DNA from: the human T2T-CHM13v2.0 reference genome, Homo sapiens
Assembly: GCF_009914755.1 (NCBI RefSeq)
Contig: NC_060927.1
Length of the DNA: 64,000 nt
Reading direction: 5' to 3' (one strand)
The notes beneath the pieces were generated by a model. It was not told the DNA's origin. It made no database searches and worked only from the letters and a program-made list of their open reading frames with translations. Each line of letters opens with the position of its first letter. The stretch's first letter is position 1. Shown here piece after piece: positions 55,001 through 64,000 of the stretch. The position numbers were made by a program, and so were the translations under genes.

Positions 55001-58000
55001 GAGAACAATTATGTCTAGTTTTTCTGTGAAGATAGTTTCTCTTCTACATAGGCCTGAAACCGCTCTAAATATTCACTTGGTAATTCTACAAAAAGAATAT
55101 TTCAACACTCTTCTATCAAAAGGAAGGTTGAACTCTGAGAGTTAAACGCACACATCACAGAGAAGTTTCTGAGAATTCTTCTGTCAAGGTTTATATGAAG
55201 AAACCCCGTTTCCAATGAAGGCCTCAAAAAAATCCAAATATTTACTTGCCGATTCCACAGAAAGAGTGTTTCATAACTGGTCTATCAAAAGAAAGGTTAA
55301 ACTCAGTGAGTTGAACCCACTCATCACAAAGTAGCTTCTGAGAATCATTCTGTCTAGTTCTCCTACGAAGATATTGCCTTTTCTACCATAGGCCTCAAAC
55401 GGCGCTAAATATCCACCTGGAAATTCTACCAAAACTGAGTTTCAAAAGTGCTCTATTGAAAGGAAGCTTCACCTCTGTCAGTTGAAGGTACACATCACAA
55501 AGAAGTTCCTGAGAATTCTTCTGTCTAGTTGTAAAAGCAGAAATCAAGTTTCAAACGAAGGCCACAAAGAGGTCCAAATATCCTGCTGCAGATTCTGCAA
55601 AAAGAGGGTTTCAAATCTGCTCCATCAAGAGGAATGTTCCACTCTGTGCGTTGAATGCAAATATCACAAATAAGTTTCTGACAATACTTCTGTCTAGTTT
55701 TTATGTGAAGATATTTCCTTTCATACTGTAGGCCTCAAAACGCTCTAAATATACACTTGCAAATTCCACAAAAAGAGTGTTTCCAAACTGCTCTATCAAA
55801 GGAAGTTTAAACTCTGTCAGCTTAATGCAAGCATCACAAAACAGCTTCAGAGAATGAATCTGCCTAGTTTTTCTGTGAAGATATTTCTTTTTCTGCCATA
55901 GACCTCAAACCGCGGTAAAAATCCACTTGGAAATTCTACAAAAAGAGTATTTCAAAACTCTTCTATCGAAAGGAAGTCTCAACTCCATGAGTTAAATGCA
56001 CATATCACAAATAATTTTCTGAGGATTCTTCTTTCAAGTTTTATATGAAGAAATCCCGTTTCCAAAGATGGCCTCAGAAAAGTCCCAATATACACTTGCA
56101 GATTCTACAAAAAGAGTTTTTGAAAACTGCTCTACCAAAAGGAAGGTTAAACTCTGTGAGTTGAAGGCACACATCACAAAGTAGTTTCTGAGAATCATTC
56201 TGTCTAGTTTTTCTATGAAGATATTGCCTTTTCCACCATAGGCCTCAAACGGCGCTAAATATCCACTTGGAAATTCTACAAAAAGAGAGTTACTAAACTG
56301 CTCTATCGAAAGGCAGCTTCAACGCTGCGAGTTGAAAGCACACATCACGAAGAAGTTTATGAGAATTCTTCTGTCTACTTTTGTATGAAGCAGTCACGTT
56401 TCAAACGAAGGCCACAAAGAGGTCCAAATATCCACTTGGAGATTCAACAAAAAGAGTTTTTCAAAACTGCTCCGTCAAGAGGAATATTCAACTCTGCGAG
56501 TTGAAGGCTGGTATCACAAAGTAGTTCCCGACAATGCTTCTGTCTAGATTTTATGCGAAGACATTCCCTTTTGTACCACAGGCCTGAAAGCACCCTAAAT
56601 ATAGAATTGCAAATTCCACAAAAAGAGTGTTGAAAACCGCTCTATCCAAAGAAAGGTTAAACTCTGTCAGCTGAATGCGCACATCACAGAGCAGCTTCAG
56701 AGAACAATTATGTCTAGTTTTTCTGTGAAGATAGTTTCTCTTCTACATAGGCCTGAAACCGCTCTAAATATTCACTTGGTAATTCTACAAAAAGAATATT
56801 TCAACACTCTTCTATCAAAAGGAAGGTTGAACTCTGAGAGTTAAACGCACACATCACAGAGAAGTTTCTGAGAATTCTTCTGTCAAGGTTTATATGAAGA
56901 AACCCCGTTTCCAATGAAGGCCTCAAAAAAGTCCAAATATTTACTTGCCGATTCCACAGAAAGAGTGTTTCATAACTGGTCTATCAAAAGAAAGGTTAAA
57001 CTCAGTGAGTTGAACCCACACATCACAAAGTAGCTTCTGAGAATCATTCAGTCTAGTTCTCCTACGAAGATATTGCCTTTTCTACCATAGGCCTCAAACG
57101 GCGCTAAATATCCACCTGGAAATTCTACCAAAACTGAGTTTCAAAAGTGCTCTATTGAAAGGAAGCTTCACCTCTGTGAGTTGAAGGTACACATCACAAA
57201 GAAGTTTCTGAGAATTCTTCTGTCTAGTTGTAAATGCAGAAATCACGTTTCAAACGAAGGCCACAAAGAGGTCCAAATATCCAGCTACAGATTCTGTAAA
57301 AAGAGGGTTTGAAAACTGCTCCATCAAGAGGAATGTTCAACTCTGTGCGTTGAACGCAAATATCACAAATAAGTTTCTGACAATACTTCTGTCTAGCTTT
57401 TATGTGAAGATATTTCCTTTCCTACTGTAGGCCTCAAAACGCTCTAAATATACACTTTCAAATTCCACAAAAAGAGTGTTTCCAAACTGCTCTATCAAAG
57501 GAAGTTTAAACTCTGTCAGCTTAATGCAAGCATCACAAAACAGCTTCGGAGAATGAATCTGCCTAGTTTTTCTGGGAAGATATTTCTTTTTCTGCCATAG
57601 ACCTCAAACCGCGGTAAAAATCCACTTGGAAATACTACAAAAAGAGTATTTCAAAATTCTTCTATCGAAAGGAAGTCTCAACTCCATGAGTTAAATGCAC
57701 ATATCACAAATAATTGTCTGAGGATTCTTCTTTCAAGTTTTATATGAAGAAATCCCGTTTCCAAAGATGGCCTCAGAAAAGTCCCAATATACACTTGCAG
57801 ATTCTACAAAAAGAGTTTTTCAAAACTGCTCTACCAAAAGGAAGGTTAAACTCTGTGAGTTGAAGGCACACATCACAAAGTAGTTTCTGAGAATCATTCT
57901 GTCTAGTTTTTCTATGAAGATATTGCCTTTTCCACCATAGGCCTCAGACGGCGCTAAATATCCACTTGGAAATTCTACAAAAAGAGAGTTACTAAACGGC

Positions 58001-61000
58001 TCTATCGAAAGGAAGCTTCAACGCTGCGAGTTGAAAGCACACATCACGAAGAAGTTTATGAGAATTCTTCTGTCTACTTTTGTATGAAGCAGTCACGTTT
58101 CAAAAGAAGGCCACAACGAGGTCCAAATATCCACTTGGAGATTCAACAAAAAGAGTTTTTCAAAACTGCTCTGTCAAGAGGAATATTCAACTCTGCGAGT
58201 TGAAGGCTGGTATCACAAAGTAGTTCCCGACAATGCTTCTGTCTAGATTTTATGCGAAGACATTCCCTTTTGTACCACAGGCCTGAAAGCACTCTAAATA
58301 TAGAATTGCAAATTCCACAAAAAGAGTGTTGAAAACCGCTCTATCCAAAGAAAGGTTAAACTCTGTCAGCTGAATGCGCACATCACAGAGCAGCTTCAGA
58401 GAACAATTATGTCTAGTTTTTCTGTGAAGATAGTTTCTCTTCTACATAGGCCTGAAACCGCTCTAAATATTCACTTGGTAATTCTACAAAAAGAATATTT
58501 CAACCCTCTTCTATCAAAAGGAAGGTTGAACTCTGAGAGTTAAACGCATACATCACAGAGAAGTTTCTGAGAATTCTTCTGTCAAGGTTTATATGAAGAA
58601 ACCCCGTTTCCAATGAAGGCCTCAAAAAAGTCCAAATATTTACTTGCCGATTCCACAGAAAGAGTGTTTCATAACTGGTCTATCAAAAGAAAGGTTAAAC
58701 TCAGTGAGTTGAAGCCACACATCACAAAGTAGCTTCTGAGAATCATTCTGTCTAGTTCTCCTACGAAGATATTGCCTTTTCTACCATAGACCTCAAACGG
58801 CGCTAAATATCCACCTGGAAATTCTACCAAAACTGAGTTTCAAAAGTGCTCTATTGAAAGGAAGCTTCACCTCTGTGAGTTGAAGGTACACATCACAAAG
58901 AAGATCTGAGAATTCTTCTGTCTAGTTGTAAATGCAGAAATCACGTTTCAAACGAAGGCCACAAAGAGGTCCAAATATCCAGCTGCAGATTCTGTAAAAA
59001 GAGGGTTTGAAAACTGCTCCATCAAGAGGAATGTTCAACTCTGTGCGTTGAATGCAAATATCACAAATAAATTTCTGACAATACTTCTGTCTAGTTTTTA
59101 TGTGAAGATATTTCCTTTCCTACTGTAGGTCTCAAAACGCTCTAAATATACACTTGCAAATTCCACAAGAAGAGTGGTTCCAAGCTGCTCTATCAAAAAA
59201 AGTTTAAACTCTGTCAGCTTAATGCAAGCATCACAAAACAGCTTCGGAGAATGAATCTGCCTAATTTTTCTGGGAAGATATTTCTTTTTCTGCAATAGAC
59301 CTCAAACCGCTGTAAAAATCCACTTGGAAATTCTACAAAAAGAGTATTTCAAAACTCTTCTATCGAAAGGAAGTCTCAACTCCATGAGTTAAATGCACAT
59401 ATCACAAATAATTTTCTGAGGATTCTTCTTTCAAGTTTTATATGAAGAAATCCCGTTTCCAAAGATGGCCTCAGAAAAGTCCCAATATACACTTGCAGAT
59501 TCTACAAAAAGAGTTTTTCAAAACTGCTCTACCAAAAGGAAGGTTAAACTCTGTGAGTTGAACGCACACATCACAAAATAGTTTCTGAGAATCATTCTGT
59601 CTAGTTTTTCTATGAAGATATTGCCTTTTCCACCATAGGCCTCAAACGGCGCTAAATATCCACTTGGAAATTCTACAAAAAGAGAGTTACTAAACTGCTC
59701 TATCGAAAGGAAGCTTCAACGCTGCGAGTTGAAAGCACACATCACGAAGAAGTTTATGAGAATTCTTCTGTCTACTTTTGTATGAAGCAGTCACGTTTCA
59801 AACGAAGGCCACAAAGAGGTCCAAATATCCACTTGGAGATTCAACAAAAAGAGTTTTTCAAAACTGCTCCGTCAAGAGGAATATTCAACTCTGAGAGTTG
59901 AAGGCAGGTATCACAAAGTAGTTCCCGGCAATGCTTCTGTCTAGATTTTATGCGAAGACATTCCCTTTTGTACCACAGGCCTGAAAGCACTCTAAATATA
60001 GAATTGCAAATTCCACAAAAACAGTGTTGAAAACCGCTCTATCCAAAGAAAGGTTAAACTCTGTCAGCTGAATGCGCACATCACAGAGCAGCTTCAGAGA
60101 ACAATTATGTCTAGTTTTTCTGTGAAGATAGTTTCTCTTCTACATAGGCCTGAAACCGCTCTAAATATTCACTTGGAAATTCTACAAAAAGAATATTTCA
60201 ACACTCTTCTATCAAAAGGAAGGTTGAACTCTGAGAGTTAAACGCACACATCACAGAGAAGTTTCTGAGAATTCTTATGTCAAGGTTTATATGAAGAAAC
60301 CCCGTTTCCAATGAAGGCCTCAAAAAAGTCCAAATATTTACTTGCCGATACCACAGAAAGAGTGTTTCATAACTGGTCTATCAAAAGAAAGGTTAAACTC
60401 AGTGAGTTGAACCCACACATCACAAAGTAGCTTCTGAGAATCATTCTGTCTAGTTCTACTACGAAGATATTGCCTTTTCTACCATAGGCCTCAAACGGCG
60501 CAAAACATCCACCTGGAAATTCTACCAAAACTGAGTTTCAAAAGTGCTCTATTGAAAGGAAGCTTCACCTCTGTGAGTTGAAGGTACACATCACTAAGAA
60601 GTTTCTGAGAATTCTTCTGTCTAGTTGTAAATGAAGAAATCACGTTTCAAACGATGGCCACAAAGAGATCCAAATATCCACCTGCAGATTCTGCAAAAAG
60701 AGGGTTTGAAAACTGCTCCATCAAGAGGAATGTTCAACTCTGTGCGTTGAATGCAAATATCACAAATAACTTTCTGACAATACTTCTGTCTAGTTTTTAT
60801 GTGAAGATATTTCCTTTCCTACTGTAGGCCTCAAAACGCTCTAAATATACACTTGCAAATTCCACAAAAAGAGTGTTTCCAAACTGCTCTATCAAAGGAA
60901 GTTTAAACTCTGTCCGCTTAATGCAAGCATCACAAAACAGCTTCGGAGAATGAATCTGCCTAGTTTTTCTGTGAAGATATTTCTTTTTCTGCCATAGACC

Positions 61001-64000
61001 TCAAACCGCTGTAAAAATCCACTTGGAAATTCTACAAAAAGAGTATTTCAAAACTCTTCTATCGAAAGGAAGTCTCAACTCCATGAGCTAAATGCACATA
61101 TCACAAATAATTTTCTGAGGATTCTTCTTTCAAGTTTTATATGAAGAAATCCCGTTTCCAAAGATGGCCTCAGAAAAGTCCCAATATACACTTGCAGATT
61201 CTACAAAAAGCGTTTTTCAAAACTGCTCTACCAAAAGGAAGGTTAAACTCTGTGAGTTGAAGGCACACATCACAGAGTAGTTTCTGAGAATCATTCTGTC
61301 TAATTTTTCTATGAAGATATTGCCTTTTCCACCATAGGCCTCAAACGGCGCTAAATATCCACTTGGAAATTCTACAAAAAGAGAGTTACTAAACTGCTCT
61401 ATCGAAAGGAAGCTTCAACGCTGTGAGTTGAAAGCACACATCACGAAGAAGTTTATGAGAATTCTTCTGTCTACTTTTGTATGAAGCTGTCACGTTTCAA
61501 ACGAAGGTCACAAAGAGGTGCAAATATCCACTTGGAGATTCAACAAAAAGAGTTTTTCAAAACTGCTCCGTCAAGAGGAATATTCAACTCTGAGAGTTGA
61601 AGGCAGGTATCACAAAGTAGTTCCCGGCAATGCTTCTGTCTAGATTTTATGTGAAGACATTCCCTTTTGTACCACAGGCCTGAAAGCACCCTAAATATAG
61701 AATTGCAAATTCCACAAAAAGAGTGTTGAAAACCGCTCTATCCAAAGAAAGGTTAAACTCTGTCAGCTGAATGCGCACATCACAGAGCAGCTTCAGAGAA
61801 CAATTATGTCTAGTTTTTCTGTGAAGATAGTTTCTCTTCTACATAGGCCTGAAACCGCTCTAAATATTCACTTGGTAATTCTACAAAAAGAATATTTCAA
61901 CACTCTTCTATCAAAAGGAACGTTGAACTCTGAGAGTTAAACGCACACATCACAGAGAAGTTTCTGAGAATTCTTCTGTCAAGGTTTATATGAAGAAACC
62001 CCGTTTCCAATGAAGGCCTCAAAAAAGTCCAAATATTTACTTGCCGATTCCACAGAAAGAGTGTTTCATAACTGGTCTATCAAAAGAAAGGTTAAACTCA
62101 GTGAGTTGAACCCACACATCACAAAGTAGCTTCTGAGAATCATTCAGTCTAGTTCTCCTACGAAGATATTGCCTTTTCTACCATAGGCCTCAAACGGCGC
62201 TAAATATCCACCTGGAAATTCTACCAAAACTGAGTTTCAAAAGTGCTCTATTGAAAGGAAGCTTCACCTCTGTGAGTTGAAGGTACACATCACAAAGAAG
62301 TTTCTGAGAATTCTTCTGTCTAGTTGTAAATGCAGAAATCACGTTTCAAACGAAGGCCACAAAGAGGTCCAAATATCCAGCTGCAGATTCTGTAAAAAGA
62401 GGGTTTGAAAACTGCTCCATCAAGAGGAATGTTCAACTCTGTGCGTTGAACGCAAATATCACAAATAAGTTTCTGACAATACTTCTGTCTAGCTTTTATG
62501 TGAAGATATTTCCTTTCCTACTGTAGGCCTCAAAACGCTCTAAATATACACTTTCAAATTCCACAAAAAGAGTGTTTCCAAACTGCTCTATCAAAGGAAG
62601 TTTAAACTCTGTCAGCTTAATGCAAGCATCACAAAACAGCTTCGGAGAATGAATCTGCCTAGTTTTTCTGGGAAGATATTTCTTTTTCTGCCATAGACCT
62701 CAAACCGCGGTAAAAATCCACTTGGAAATTCTACAAAAAGAGTATTTCAAAATTCTTCTATCGAAAGGAAGTCTCAACTCCATGAGTTAAATGCACATAT
62801 CACAAATAATTTTCTGAGGATTCTTCTTTCAAGTTTTATATGAAGAAATCCCGTTTCCAAAGATGGCCTCAGAAAAGTCCCAATATACACTTGCAGATTC
62901 TACAAAAAGAGTTTTTCAAAACTGCTCTACCAAAAGGAAGGTTAAACTCTGTGAGTTGAAGGCACACATCACAAAGTAGTTTCTGAGAATCATTCTGTCT
63001 AGTTTTTCTATGAAGATATTGCCTTTTCCACCATAGGCCTCAGACGGCGCTAAATATCCACTTGGAAATTCTACAAAAAGAGAGTTACTAAACGGCTCTA
63101 TCGAAAGGAAGCTTCAACGCTGCGAGTTGAAAGCACACATCACGAAGAAGTTTATGAGAATTCTTCTGTCTACTTTTGTATGAAGCAGTCACGTTTCAAA
63201 AGAAGGCCACAACGAGGTCCAAATATCCACTTGGAGATTCAACAAAAAGAGTTTTTCAAAACTGCTCTGTCAAGAGGAATATTCAACTCTGCGAGTTGAA
63301 GGCTGGTATCACAAAGTAGTTCCCGACAATGCTTCTGTCTAGATTTTATGCGAAGACATTCCCTTTTGTACCACAGGCCTGAAAGCACTCTAAATATAGA
63401 ATTGCAAATTCCACAAAAAGAGTGTTGAAAACCGCTCTATCCAAAGAAAGGTTAAACTCTGTCAGCTGAATGCGCACATCACAGAGCAGCTTCAGAGAAC
63501 AATTATGTCTAGTTTTTCTGTGAAGATAGTTTCTCTTCTACATAGGCCTGAAACCGCTCTAAATATTCACTTGGTAATTCTACAAATAGAATATTTCAAC
63601 CCTCTTCTATCAAAAGGAAGGTTGAACTCTGAGAGTTAAACGCATACATCACAGAGAAGTTTCTGAGAATTCTTCTGTCAAGGTTTATATGAAGAAACCC
63701 CGTTTCCAATGAAGGCCTCAAAAAAGTCCAAATATTTACTTGCCGATTCCACAGAAAGAGTGTTTCATAACTGGTCTATCAAAAGAAAGGTTAAACTCAG
63801 TGAGTTGAAGCCACACATCACAAAGTAGCTTCTGAGAATCATTCTGTCTAGTTCTCCTACGAAGATATTGCCTTTTCTACCATAGACCTCAAACGGCGCT
63901 AAATATCCACCTGGAAATTCTACCAAAACTGAGTTTCAAAAGTGCTCTATTGAAAGGAAGCTTCACCTCTGTGAGTTGAAGGTACACATCACAAAGAAGA
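52041..64000 (-). repeat. Older, more divergent flank HORs (~7 copies)
   Basis: Reversion to ctgtgagttg and gaggtccaa, with ctccgtc/ctctgtc and frequent gtttgaaaactg, tgcgaagac and tggtaattc. Each copy has many private SNPs. Confidence 0.8.
56570..64000 (-). repeat. Tandem duplication of a 3-HOR unit (5096 bp) in the older flank; second copy truncated by the window end
   Basis: Private variants recur at +5096: caccctaaat 56591/61687, cattcagtct 57050/62146, plus tgaacgcaaa, acactttca, tctgggaag, cctcagacgg, caaaagaagg, caaccctc, cgcatacat, gaagccacac, and the aagaaga variant at ~58904/64000. Confidence 0.9.

Larger units (their letters stand above)
2740..64000 (-). repeat. Alpha-satellite HOR array, reverse orientation, ~36 copies of the same 10-mer (period 1697-1699 bp)
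   Basis: Reverse complement of the same monomers. The anchor ttgaaggtacacat recurs at 11318, 13016, 14715, 16413 ... 50385, 55482, 57181, 58880, 60578, 62277 and 63976 with 1697-1699 bp spacing. No monomer-number variants were seen. Confidence 0.98.

Noticed and set aside
11318-55673. Repeated 63-aa Cys-rich ORF (MKVHITKKFLRILLSSCKCRNH...CVECKYHK) that looks like a zinc-binding peptide array
   Set aside because: It is a chance reading frame across two alpha-satellite monomers, starts at TTG and recurs only because of the 1699-bp HOR. It is lost by random SNPs in other copies, and there is no gene context.
1050-59295. Other sporadic 60-72 aa ORFs on both strands
   Set aside because: These are typical alphoid translations (ITKKFLRILLSS, HLEILQKE motifs) produced by single stop-loss SNPs.
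1-64000. CRISPR-like repeat/spacer array or other prokaryotic system
   Set aside because: Units are homologous along their entire ~171 bp with no unique spacers and no cas or other genes.
1-64000. L1/Alu or other insertion, or HOR structural variants with missing monomers
   Set aside because: Anchor spacing stays at 1697-1699 bp throughout, and no non-alphoid sequence, poly-A tail or target-site duplication was seen.
2740-64000. Synthetic GRCh38-style Markov centromere model
   Set aside because: Long-range phased haplotypes, exact multi-HOR duplications and a divergence gradient argue for a real linear assembly, although read support cannot be verified here.

Overview
The whole 64-kb window is primate centromeric alpha-satellite DNA (~171-bp monomers, ~376 of them), organised as a 10-monomer higher-order repeat (HOR) of 1697-1699 bp. 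The 10-mer is itself two diverged pentamers (B-A-B-A-A x2). I see no genes, RNA genes, transposons or CRISPR arrays; every ORF in the track is a by-product of the repeat. The main structural event is a strand switch (inversion junction) at ~2737-2740: about 1.6 HOR copies on + are fused to about 36 copies on -, with the break inside a quasi-palindromic, degenerate CENP-B box. I found no canonical CENP-B box by eye, which suggests an inactive HOR. My tentative guess is an archaic SF1/SF01-type 10-mer such as human chr3 S01C3H2, but this is unverified. The minus-strand array is layered: a divergent block (2.7-~9.5 kb), older flanks sharing rare SNPs (~10-13 kb and ~52-64 kb), and a young near-identical core (~13-52 kb). 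The core is built from HOR haplotypes X, Y and an X/Y recombinant, arranged in super-HOR dimers (3398 bp) and trimers (~5095 bp). I do not see a new protein-coding or defence system; the interest lies in satellite architecture and evolution.
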